From positions 1 through 45,516 of the forward strand of contig VAWT01000170.1 in assembly GCA_005883415.1 (NCBI GenBank): a stretch of DNA of 45,516 nt, written 5' to 3'. The translations under genes and the position numbers were made by a program. Source of the stretch: Actinomycetota bacterium. Lineage in GTDB: Bacteria > Actinomycetota > Thermoleophilia > Solirubrobacterales > Solirubrobacteraceae. The notes under the pieces are model-generated. The model searched no databases. It was not told where the DNA came from and saw only the letters and a program-made list of their open reading frames with translations. The first letter of the stretch is position 1. Each line of letters opens with the position of its first letter. Positions 28,922-37,998 of this stretch are shown here, piece after piece.

Positions 28922-29742
28922 ATGACTCGCCGACCGATGCGCTCCCGACGAGCCAGCAGGTTCCTGTCGCTCTCTGCGGTAGCGCTAGCCGCGGCCGGGC
29001 TGACCGCGTGCGGCTCCGGCAAGCACCCCGCAACGTCGACGGGCAGCGCTCCGGCGACGACGACAACCGCCGCGCTCCCCGGAACGGGCCGTCCGCCGGT
29101 AGCCGTCGGGGACAAGAACACGTTCCCTGAGCAGTTCGTGCTCGGGGCCCTCTACGAGCAGGCACTAGCGGCCCAAGGCTTCTCCGTCTCGCTGAATCGC
29201 AACATCGGGCCGACGGACGTCACGATCAGCGCACTGCGGAGCGGAAGTGTCTCGTTCTACCCGGAGTCCATCGGGGTGTGGGATCGAAACGTCGCCGGTT
29301 ACAGGCGCGTATCGGTGGCCCGCCTCAGTTCGAAAGCAGCTCGACCGGCCTGGCGGGCGTGGAACAGGCGTACGGGTTCGCCCCGGCGGCATTCAAGCCG
29401 CTTCCGGTCGGCGAGCAGTACACGGCCCTCGACCAGGGGACGATCCAAGCCGCCGACGTGAATACCACCGACGGGCAGCTCACGAGCTACAGCTACGCGG
29501 TGCTCCATGACCCGGCCCATGTGTTCGGCTGGGGAAACGTCGTTCCGGTGGTTACACAGAAGGTGCTGGAGCAGGAAGGCCCCGCGTTCGCGACCACCAT
29601 TGACAAGGTCAGCGCCCTACTGACGACTTCGGTGATTCGCCAGCTGAACGCGGCCGTGGCGCTGAATCACGAGGATCCGGCGAAGATCGCAAAGCAGTTC
29701 CTCGAGGCCCACGACCTGGTGCCATCGAGCCAGTCGGGCTGA
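28922..29742 (+). CDS. Glycine betaine/osmoprotectant ABC substrate-binding lipoprotein, frameshifted by a loss at about 29311
   Basis: Lipobox LTAC; VGDKNTFPEQFVLGALY and YPE in one frame; GGPPQF...YTALDQG...TTDGQL...LN in another. Confidence 0.85.
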
Positions 29743-29758
29743 CGGTGCTGGCGGGGAC

Positions 29759-30190
29759 TTAGCTTCCGCTGGAGCCGAAGCCACCGGTGCCCCGGGCCGA
29801 GAGAGACAGCTCTCCTACCTCGACCACCGACAGCACCTCGGACCTGACCACGACCAGCTGGGCGACCCTGTCCCCGGGGGCGATCGGGAACGGTACCCGG
29901 GGATCGGTATTGAGCAGGAGCACGCGCAGCTCTCCCCGATAGCCGGAGTCGATCAGACCTGGGGCATTGACGAGCGCGATGCCGTGACGGAGCGCCAGCC
30001 CCGAGCGCGGCAGCACCAGCCCCGCGTGCCCTTCGGGGATCTCGACGGCGAGCCCCGTCGGGATCGCGGCACGCGCGCCGGGCTCGAGCGTCGTCCCATC
30101 GAGGGCGTGCAGATCGAGACCGGCGTCTCCGGGATGGGCGCGGGTTGGCAGCACCGCGCGCTCTTGCAGACGACGGACGCGCAGGTTCAC
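29759..30190 (-). CDS. dut: dUTP diphosphatase
   Basis: AGLDL, PRSGLA, GLIDSGYRGE, RVAQ and RGTGGFGSSG motifs. Confidence 0.96.
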   Translation of the reverse strand: MNLRVRRLQERAVLPTRAHPGDAGLDLHALDGTTLEPGARAAIPTGLAVEIPEGHAGLVLPRSGLALRHGIALVNAPGLIDSGYRGELRVLLLNTDPRVPFPIAPGDRVAQLVVVRSEVLSVVEVGELSLSARGTGGFGSSGS

Positions 30191-31360
30191 GCGCGATCGC
30201 CGCTGAGGGCAAACCGCTCGAAGCGGGCGGCGGCCGCTGCCGGCAGCCGCGCCCGGATCCGTACCCCCTCCCCCCTATCCTCGCGTTCGAGGTCGCCCGC
30301 CAGCTCGTGCAGCTCGGCCAGCCTGGCCCCCTCGCCGTACGGGAGCAGCAGCTCTATTTCAACAAGGGTTCGCGCGAACTCCTCCTCGATTCGCTCGGTC
30401 AGCGGACCGATTCCCTCGCCACTGAGGCCCGACACCAGGACTGCGTCGGGATGCCGGTATGAGAGTTCCGCGCGTCGTTCGTCGTCGATCAGGTCGGCCT
30501 TGCACAGCACCAGCACCCGCGGGGCCTCCACCGCGCCGATCTCGTCCAGCACGTCCTCGACAGCCCGAATCATCATGGCCAGCTCGTCCTCCGGGACCGA
30601 GGCGTCCGCGACGTGGAGGATCAGAGCGGCCAGGCGGGTCTCCTCGAGCGTGGCACCGAAAGCGTCCACCAACTGGTGCGGCAGCTTGCGGATGAATCCG
30701 ACGGTGTCCGTCAGCAGGTAGTCGCGTCCATCGGCTCGAAGCAGGCGCGTGGTTGGATCGAGCGTTTGGAACAAGCGATCGCCGACGCCGACGGAAGCGC
30801 CCGTGAGCGCGTTCAGTAGCGTCGACTTGCCCGCATTCGTGTAACCGGCGAGGGCCACTGATGGAAGCTGGGCCCGCTGGCGCTCGGCGCGCATCACCGC
30901 CCGGCTTGAGCGCACCTGCGCCAGCCTGCGCTTGAGCGCACCGATCCTGTCGCGCGCCAGCCGCCGGTCGGTCTCGATCTGGGTCTCCCCGGGTCCGCGC
31001 GTGCCGATTCCGCCGCCCAGCCGCTCGAGATGCGACCACAGGCCCCGCATCCGAGCGAGGTTGTACTCGAGCTGTGCCAGCTCGACCTGGAGCTTTCCCT
31101 CGGCGGTATGGGCGTGGGAGGCGAAGATGTCGAGGATGATCGCGGTGCGGTCGATGACCGGCATCCCCAGCTCCCCCTCGAGGTTGCGCTCCTGGCGCGG
31201 CGACAGCTCGTCATCGCAGGCGACGAGGTTGGCGTCGGCGCGCGCGAGCTCCTCCTTCAGCTCGTCGAGCTTCCCGGCGCCCAGGTAGGTGTTGGGATGG
31301 GGATGTTCACGGTGCTGGACCAGCTCACCCACCCCGGCCACGCCGGCGGCCGCGCTGCAT
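30187..31360 (-). CDS. hflX: GTPase HflX; N-terminus broken at about 31350
   Basis: GKLQVELAQ, GPGETQIETDRR, GYTNAGKS, TLDPT and DTVGF. A probable ATG at 31360 (MQR) is out of frame with the body. Confidence 0.93.
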
Positions 31361-31403
31361 CCAGGGTCAGGATAGCCGCGGGATATGCAGCTGCACGCTG
31401 TCT

Positions 31404-32564
31404 CTACAGCGCTCGCAGCCGCTGGACGGCCTCGAGCAGGCGGTCATCTGGGGTGGTCAGCGAGATGCGGAAGAATCCCTCGCCGCCCGGCCCGTAAGCG
31501 CTGCCCGGGGAAACTACGACGGCGGCCCGCTCGAGCACGTACTCGCAGTACGCCACCGCCGAGTCGAACCCTGGCGGCACCGGCGCCCACACGTAGATGG
31601 TCCCCTTGGGGCGCGTGACGTTGACGCCGGCCTCTCTGAGCGCGTCGCACACCAGGTCGCGGCGCCGCTGGTAGACGGCATTCATGTCTCGCACGAGGAC
31701 GTCGAGCTCGGGCCCCAGGGCCGCGGCCCCCGCTAGCTGCACTGCCTCGAACAGCCCCGAGTCGATGTTCGACTTCAGACGCCAGTAGTGAGCGATCGCC
31801 TCCGCATTGCCGACGATCGCGGCGCAGCGCCAGCCGGTCATGTTGTAGCCCTTCGACAGCGAGAAGACCTCGACTCCGACCTCCTTCGCCCCGGACGTCT
31901 GAAGGAACGACGGGGCGACGTAGCCGTCATAGGTGGTCTCGCTGTAGGCGTTGTCGTGGACGATGAGGACCTCGTGGGCGTGAGCGAGCTCGACCACGCG
32001 CTCGAACAGACCTTCGGGAACGACGGCGCCGGTGGGATTGTTCGGGTAGTTGAGGAACATCAGGCGGGCGCGATCTAGCGTCTCGGTGGTGATCGCGTCC
32101 AGATCGGGTGTGAACTCGAGCGCCGGGATCAGCGGCATCAGCACCGGCTCCGCTCCGGCCATCAGCGGGCCGCCCGTGTACACCGGATAGCCAGGATCGG
32201 CCGCAAGCGCGACGTCGCCCGGGTCCAGGAACGCGAGGTTGAGGTTGAAGATGCACTCCTTGGCCCCGATGGCGGGCATCACCTCGGTCTCGGGGTCGAG
32301 CTCCACTCCGAAGCGACGACCATAGAAGGCGGCGACAGCCTCGCGAAACTCCGCTCGGCCTCGGTTAGTCGGGTACCGGTGGGTGCTGGGGTCCGCGACG
32401 GCTTGCTGTGCCGCAACCACGATCGGCTCGTAGGTGGGCATGTCCGGATCGCCGATGCCGAGGCTGATCACGTCCACCCCCGAGGACCGCTTCGCCGCGA
32501 TCTTGCGCTCGAGCTCGGCGAACAGGTACGGCGGGATCCGCTCTAGCCGTCTACTCGACCGCAC
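31404..32564 (-). CDS. dapL: LL-diaminopimelate aminotransferase-like PLP aminotransferase (class I/II)
   Basis: IPPYLFA, LGIGDPD, NYPNNPTG, DNAY and SLSKGYNMTGWR; overlaps dapF. Confidence 0.8.
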   Translation of the reverse strand: MRSSRRLERIPPYLFAELERKIAAKRSSGVDVISLGIGDPDMPTYEPIVVAAQQAVADPSTHRYPTNRGRAEFREAVAAFYGRRFGVELDPETEVMPAIGAKECIFNLNLAFLDPGDVALAADPGYPVYTGGPLMAGAEPVLMPLIPALEFTPDLDAITTETLDRARLMFLNYPNNPTGAVVPEGLFERVVELAHAHEVLIVHDNAYSETTYDGYVAPSFLQTSGAKEVGVEVFSLSKGYNMTGWRCAAIVGNAEAIAHYWRLKSNIDSGLFEAVQLAGAAALGPELDVLVRDMNAVYQRRRDLVCDALREAGVNVTRPKGTIYVWAPVPPGFDSAVAYCEYVLERAAVVVSPGSAYGPGGEGFFRISLTTPDDRLLEAVQRLRAL

Positions 32565-33378
32565 GCAGTTCCTCCACGAGCTCGTCGGCCACGGTTCCGC
32601 GAAACACGGGCACCGCCCACCCGCTGAGAGCCAGGGCAAAATCCTCCCTCACGTCGACCTCGAGCTCGCCGCCGTCGAGCACCACGGTCACCGGTGAGCT
32701 CCCGTCCTGACATACGTATGCCACCGCTGCCCCCGCCGCGCCCGTTCCGCTCGCCGAGGTCTCCCCCACCCCCCGCTCGAAGATCCGGGCCCGGATCCGC
32801 CCGGGCGCCAGGGTCGTGAACCACGAGACGTTCGTACGGTTCGGGAACAGCTCGTGGTGCTCGATCTCGGGCCCGATCTCCTGAAGGTCGAGGTCCTCGA
32901 GCTCCTGCTCGCCGGTCATCCGGATGGCGCACTGCGGGTTGCCGACCTGGACGTGCTGAAAGCGCCAGGTGTGCCCACCCGCGCGGAGCTCGCCCACGCC
33001 ATCCGGGGGTCCGCCGGGGTAATCGTCGCTCTGAAGCCGAGTGCGTCCCAGGTCCACCGTGCATGTCGTTGGCGAGGTGATCGTCGGCCGCAGCTCCCCG
33101 GCCGCGGTCTGGATTGCGCCGGTATAGCCGTGCCGGTACAGGTACAGGATCGCCTGCCGCGCGCCGTTGCCGGATATCTCCGCCTCAGAGCCGTCGGGAT
33201 TGAACACTTGCATGCGCGGCGGCTCAGCACCTGACAGGAGCAGCACCCCGTCGGCCCCGACGCCCGTGTGGGCCGCACAGATCGACTGGATGCGGGCTGA
33301 CGTCAGCTCAAACGGCAGCGCTCGCTTCTCCACGATCAGGTAGTCGTTGCCGAGCGCCTGCCACTTCTCGAAGTCCAC
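32551..33378 (-). CDS. dapF: Diaminopimelate epimerase with Ser at both catalytic positions
   Basis: KWQALGNDY, GVGADG, FNPDGSEAEISGNG, VGNPQ, FPNRTNV and ERGVGETSASGTG. Confidence 0.9.
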   Translation of the reverse strand: MDFEKWQALGNDYLIVEKRALPFELTSARIQSICAAHTGVGADGVLLLSGAEPPRMQVFNPDGSEAEISGNGARQAILYLYRHGYTGAIQTAAGELRPTITSPTTCTVDLGRTRLQSDDYPGGPPDGVGELRAGGHTWRFQHVQVGNPQCAIRMTGEQELEDLDLQEIGPEIEHHELFPNRTNVSWFTTLAPGRIRARIFERGVGETSASGTGAAGAAVAYVCQDGSSPVTVVLDGGELEVDVREDFALALSGWAVPVFRGTVADELVEELRAVE

Positions 33379-33400
33379 GGCGGCGCAGTCTATGCGTGGC

Positions 33401-34306
33401 TCAGTCTCGCCACAGCGCGACGATCTCCTCGGCCACGGCCTCGGGCGTGCGCCCGCTCACATCGATGACATTCACGCCTGACAGCTTGCGCATCCAGGTC
33501 AGCTGGCGACGAGCGTAGTTGCGCGTCCGTCGCTTCATCCCCTCGACGTCTCCGACAAGGAGCTCGTCGAACCCCAGCGCCTTGCGGGCCGTGACCGAGG
33601 CGCCGCCCGCGTTGGCGCCGCGCGCCTCGTCGGCGGCGCCCTTGGCGATCATCTGGTCGATCCGCTCGCCGATCCTGGCGTAGAGCTGATCGCGCTCCAT
33701 CACGAGGCCGATCAGGAGCGTCGGCCGGCGAACCTCATCGCTCCAGAGCTCCGACTCGGCGCCAGGTGGCTCGAGCTCACCGGCGTCCAGGAGCTCGAGC
33801 GCTCGAACGACCCGCTGGCGATCCGTGGGGTTGATCGTCTCCGCTGCCCAGGGAGCCCGCTGCGCGAGGGCCGCGTGGAGCGCCACCGGGCCCCTACGAT
33901 CGAGCTCGGCGAGCCAGCGGTCGCGGACCCCTTCGGGCGGTGCGGGTCGCAGGCTCAAGTCCGTCAGCGCGGCGCGCAGATAGAGCCCGGTTCCACCCAA
34001 CACGATTGGGCGCTGTCCGTCTCGGAGCAGCCCGTCGATCTCGGCATGAGCCAACTCGGCGTACTGGCCGGCGCTGAAGCTCGCGTCGGCCGGCAAAAAG
34101 GAGACCAACCGGTGCTCAAGCCGGACCCGCTCCGCCGCCGTAGCCGCGCCGGTGAGGGTCTCGAGGCCCATGTACACCTGCAGGGCGTCCGCTGATACCG
34201 CCACCGGCCGCTCTCCCAGCTCGCGCAGGCGGTCAGCCAGCGCGATCGCTATAGCGGTCTTGCCGACGCCCGTGGGCCCGAACAGGGCGATGACCTCGGC
34301 GGCCAT
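33401..34306 (-). CDS. miaA: tRNA dimethylallyltransferase
   Basis: GPTGVGKT, SADALQVY, GGTGLY and TRNYARRQLTW motifs. Confidence 0.95.
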   Translation of the reverse strand: MAAEVIALFGPTGVGKTAIAIALADRLRELGERPVAVSADALQVYMGLETLTGAATAAERVRLEHRLVSFLPADASFSAGQYAELAHAEIDGLLRDGQRPIVLGGTGLYLRAALTDLSLRPAPPEGVRDRWLAELDRRGPVALHAALAQRAPWAAETINPTDRQRVVRALELLDAGELEPPGAESELWSDEVRRPTLLIGLVMERDQLYARIGERIDQMIAKGAADEARGANAGGASVTARKALGFDELLVGDVEGMKRRTRNYARRQLTWMRKLSGVNVIDVSGRTPEAVAEEIVALWRD

Positions 34307-34327
34307 GACCCGCAGTATCGTGAACTG

Positions 34328-35491
34328 ATGGCCGTCCAGATCGGCACAGGGCTCTCCACCCTTCCCGACCCTCGGGATGCCGGTGGCGACGCCGCGTCGC
34401 AGGCTGTCGCAGCGCTGGATGGGACAGCGCCAGAGCTCGTGCTGGCGTTTGTCACGGGCGCCCATCTCGCGGCGCCGGAGGCCACCCTGGAGGGAGTTCA
34501 CGAAGCCTCTTCCCCGGCGGTGCTGGTGGGCGGCGGGGCCGGCGGGGTGCTGGGTGAGCGCAGAGAGCTCGAGTCGGGCAATGCGGTCGCTGTCTGGGCC
34601 GCTTCATTCGGCGCCGGCGAGGTGACTCCGTTTCACCTTCGCTTCGAGCCCGACGAAGATCCCCCGAGGATTACGGGCCTGCCGGACATCCAGGGATCGA
34701 GGGGGTTGATCATGATCGCGGATCCCTACTCGTTCCCCACCGACACGCTGCTGAGCGAGCTCGCGCTCCAGCTTCCTGGGGTGCCGATCCTGGGCGGGCT
34801 CGAGAGCGCCCGCACGAGCGACGGCACCGCGTCATTGCTGTTCGGGGACGAGGTGCGGCCGGACGGGGCGGTGGGAGTCTCGCTGGGGGATGTCGAGCTC
34901 CTGCCGTGCGTCTCGCAGGGCGCAGCCCCGGTTGGGCCGGAGCTGACGATCACCGCGGCCGAGGGCAATGTGATCGAGGAGCTGGCCGGTCGTCCGGCGC
35001 TCGAGACGTTGCAGCGCGTCGTCGGCCAGCTGCCCGAGCGCGAACGGGGGTTGGTGGCCGGTGGCTTGCTGATCGGAATCGTCGTCGACCGCGGCAAGGC
35101 CGAGTACCAACAGGGAGACTTCCTTGTCCGCGGGATCGCCGGTGCCGACCCGGACTCCGGCCGACTCGCGGTCGCCGCCGAGGTCCACGAGGGGCAGGTG
35201 ATCCGCCTCCACGCTCGCGATGCGAGGTCCGCGCACGAGGATCTCCAGCGTCAGCTACGCCTGTGCATGGATGCGGTCGCGGACAGCGGGCCAGCGGGCG
35301 CGCTCGTGTTCTCCTGCAACGGTCGCGGCGCCGGGATGTTCGGCCCGTGCGATCACGACGCGACCACCGTGGCCGAGGAGCTTGGAGAGGCGCCGGCGGC
35401 CGGGTTCTTTGCCGCTGGTGAGATCGGACCGGTCGGCGGACGGAGCTTCCTTCACGGATTCACGGCCACCCTGGGCGTGTTTCCCCGCTAA
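34328..35491 (+). CDS. FIST N+C domain protein
   Basis: ADPYSFP, VSQG..PVG, FLVR, FSCNGRG, GFFAAGEIGP and LHGFT motifs. Confidence 0.88.
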   Translation: MAVQIGTGLSTLPDPRDAGGDAASQAVAALDGTAPELVLAFVTGAHLAAPEATLEGVHEASSPAVLVGGGAGGVLGERRELESGNAVAVWAASFGAGEVTPFHLRFEPDEDPPRITGLPDIQGSRGLIMIADPYSFPTDTLLSELALQLPGVPILGGLESARTSDGTASLLFGDEVRPDGAVGVSLGDVELLPCVSQGAAPVGPELTITAAEGNVIEELAGRPALETLQRVVGQLPERERGLVAGGLLIGIVVDRGKAEYQQGDFLVRGIAGADPDSGRLAVAAEVHEGQVIRLHARDARSAHEDLQRQLRLCMDAVADSGPAGALVFSCNGRGAGMFGPCDHDATTVAEELGEAPAAGFFAAGEIGPVGGRSFLHGFTATLGVFPR

Positions 35492-35546
35492 CGGGAGTTC
35501 ACGTTACGGTGGCGGCCACTAACGACCGCCAATACACTGGCGCGCC

Positions 35547-36368
35547 GTGAACCTCGTCCGCGGCAACGTTCTGCTGACCGGCGCGACCGGCGGGATCGGA
35601 CAGGCGATCGCGCGTGCGTTCGCCTCCCGCGGCGCCAGCTTGATCCTGACAGGCCGCAGGAACGACGTACTGGAGCCGCTCGCTGCCGAGGTGCGCGGAC
35701 GCCCGCTCGCCTGCGATCTGTCGAGCCGCGGAGATGTGGAGAAGCTCTGTCGCGAGGCGGTGGCGGCCGAGCTGGACGTGTTCGTCGCCAACGCGGCGCT
35801 GCCCGCCAGCGGGTTGTTGACCGAGCTGACGCAGGAGGAGATCGATCGGATGCTGGAGGTCAACCTCCGCGCCCCGGTGGCGCTCGCCCGCGCGCTCGCG
35901 CCGGGCATGATCGACCGCGGCCGGGGCCACATGGTGTTCGTCTCCTCGCTCTCCGGCAAGGCGGCCAATGCGGCCTCCTCTGTCTACTCGGCCACGAAGT
36001 TTGGCCTCCGGGGCTTCGCGCTCGGACTACGCGAGGACCTGAGGCCTCATCACGTCGGAGTCTCCGCCGTGCTTCCGGGCTTCATCAGCGATGCCGGGAT
36101 GTTCGCTGACGCCCAGCTCAGATTCGCGGAAGGTCAGATCAAGCTTCCGTCGGGAGTCAGCACGCGCACGCCGGAGCAGGTCGCGGCCGCGGTGATCAAG
36201 GCCATCGAGCGCAATCGCGCTGAGTTGGACGTCGCTCCGGCGCTCGTCCGCTTCGGAGCGACGTTTGCCGGCGCGGCACCTCAGCTGGCCGCTGCGGCCA
36301 GCAGGCTGATGGGGAGCAACAGAATCGCCGGCGAGGTGGCTGAGGGCCAGCGCGACAAGCGGGCGTAA
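35547..36368 (+). CDS. Short-chain dehydrogenase/reductase
   Basis: TGATGGIG, ANA and YSATK motifs. Confidence 0.92.
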   Translation: MNLVRGNVLLTGATGGIGQAIARAFASRGASLILTGRRNDVLEPLAAEVRGRPLACDLSSRGDVEKLCREAVAAELDVFVANAALPASGLLTELTQEEIDRMLEVNLRAPVALARALAPGMIDRGRGHMVFVSSLSGKAANAASSVYSATKFGLRGFALGLREDLRPHHVGVSAVLPGFISDAGMFADAQLRFAEGQIKLPSGVSTRTPEQVAAAVIKAIERNRAELDVAPALVRFGATFAGAAPQLAAAASRLMGSNRIAGEVAEGQRDKRA

Positions 36369-36420
36369 GCGCGCTTGGCTGTGCCCGCTGCCCAGCAGGC
36401 GGTTGGTAGCGTGCGGGGCG

Positions 36421-37341
36421 ATGCCGTCCCAGTGGCCGCCTGTCTCCTATGAATCCTGGAGCGAGACGTGTGACACGCTCCACGCGCACACCCAGTTACT
36501 CGGCAAGCTGGCGGTCGCGTTGGCGCCGCCCGAGCCCGAGCTCCAGCATGCGGCGCTACGGCTGACCCCGCGGGGCTGGGAGACGGACCCGATGCCGGCG
36601 CCGAACGGATCGGGAGCGCTGGCGTTCGCGCTCGATCTCCATGGGCATGAGGCCGTGGTCGAGCACAGCGACGCCTCGGCGTCGAGGATCGCTCTGACCC
36701 CCGACAGGCCTGTCGGCGAGGTGGCGCGCGAGGTGCTCGGAGCGGCCCGGACCGTCGGCGGCGACTTCGAGATCAACCCGACGCCCCAGGAGGTGTCGTG
36801 GACCGTGCCACTCGACCAGGACGACCAGCACCGGCGCTACGACCCGGACGCGGTGAGCTCGTACTTCGCCGCCGCGACTCAGGCTGCGCTCGTGCTAGCC
36901 GCTTTCCGCGCACCGTACCGCGGCCGCTCGACACCTGTGAACGCCTGGTGGGGCTCGTTCGATTTGGCCGTCAGTCTGTTCTCGGGCGCGCCGGCCGAAC
37001 CCCCCTCAGACGACTTCATCATGCGCAACGCCATGGACGCTCAAGAGGTCGCGGTCGGCTGGTGGCCCGGCGACCAGCGATACGGCGGGGCCGCCTTCTA
37101 CTCCTACGCGCACCCGGCGCCGGAGGGCTTCGCGGATGGAGCGCTCTCCCCTCCGCAGGCGCAGTGGCACGCCGAGCTCGGCGAGTACATCCTTGACTGG
37201 GACGACGTTCGCTCGAGTCCTGACCCCCATGGGACTGCGCTCGAGTTCGCGCGTTCAGCTTTCCGGCACGCCTGCGTGGTGTGCGAGTGGGATCCCGGGC
37301 TCCTCGACAGCGCCGAAGGAGCACCGCCGCCGGTTCGGTAA
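36421..37341 (+). CDS. DUF5996-like protein
   Basis: WSETCDTLHAHTQLLGK, PVNAWWGSFDLAV, GWWPGD and FYSYAHPAP. Confidence 0.75.
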   Translation: MPSQWPPVSYESWSETCDTLHAHTQLLGKLAVALAPPEPELQHAALRLTPRGWETDPMPAPNGSGALAFALDLHGHEAVVEHSDASASRIALTPDRPVGEVAREVLGAARTVGGDFEINPTPQEVSWTVPLDQDDQHRRYDPDAVSSYFAAATQAALVLAAFRAPYRGRSTPVNAWWGSFDLAVSLFSGAPAEPPSDDFIMRNAMDAQEVAVGWWPGDQRYGGAAFYSYAHPAPEGFADGALSPPQAQWHAELGEYILDWDDVRSSPDPHGTALEFARSAFRHACVVCEWDPGLLDSAEGAPPPVR

Positions 37342-37369
37342 TCGGCTAGTGGCGCGAGTCAGCGGGACG

Positions 37370-37975
37370 CTAGGTCGCGGTCGAGGCCTGAAGCCAGCGA
37401 GTAAGGGCGTGCCGGCCGGCCAGCGTCAATTCGCCATCCGCCGCGATCCAGTCCCTGGCGCGTAGCTCCCGAACGAGCCCCAGTGTGTCGCTGGGGGCCG
37501 GGCCCTCGCCCCGGGACTCGAGCCGGCTGCTCGCTGGCTCGACGAACCACCGACCGGACTCCAGCGCAGCCAGCGCCCGTCCCTGCTCGGTCGTGGGGAT
37601 GTCGAGCGGGTGCGGAGCCGCGCCGCGCAGGGGGTCTTCGGTACTTGGAGAGTGTGACGCGGAGTCGCGAAACTCGGACGCCGAACCAGGAGCTCCGAAG
37701 CCAAATTCGCTCTCGGAATCCGACCCCGCTGTCCGCGAGGCGAACTCGTCGCCCAGGTGCTCTAGCTGCGCTCCGAGCCAGCCCGCCGCAGTTTCCATCC
37801 AATCTCTCGCCCGGTCGGGATCTACACCGACGTAGCCGGCCAGGTCGTCCACGTCGACGTCTGCCGCCATCCGCTGGACCGATTCACGTATCTCGTGCGC
37901 GATCGAGCGCACGGTGTCCTCGAAGTTCTCGTGGTCTTCGCCGAAGCCCTCGGGCCCTTCTTCATCTTCACGCAT
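37370..37975 (-). CDS. Hypothetical protein
   Basis: Fills the gap between neighbours; acidic N-terminus; C-terminal LRARDWI...ELTLAGR resembles a winged-helix end. Confidence 0.65.
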   Translation of the reverse strand: MREDEEGPEGFGEDHENFEDTVRSIAHEIRESVQRMAADVDVDDLAGYVGVDPDRARDWMETAAGWLGAQLEHLGDEFASRTAGSDSESEFGFGAPGSASEFRDSASHSPSTEDPLRGAAPHPLDIPTTEQGRALAALESGRWFVEPASSRLESRGEGPAPSDTLGLVRELRARDWIAADGELTLAGRHALTRWLQASTAT

Positions 37976-37998
37976 GGTCAAATAATGGCACGCGGTGG

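Noticed and set aside
33100-33240. Extra deletions in dapF (short loops near SGAEPPRMQ and GYTGAIQT)
   Set aside because: In frame and in variable loops; cannot be told from natural variation without an alignment.
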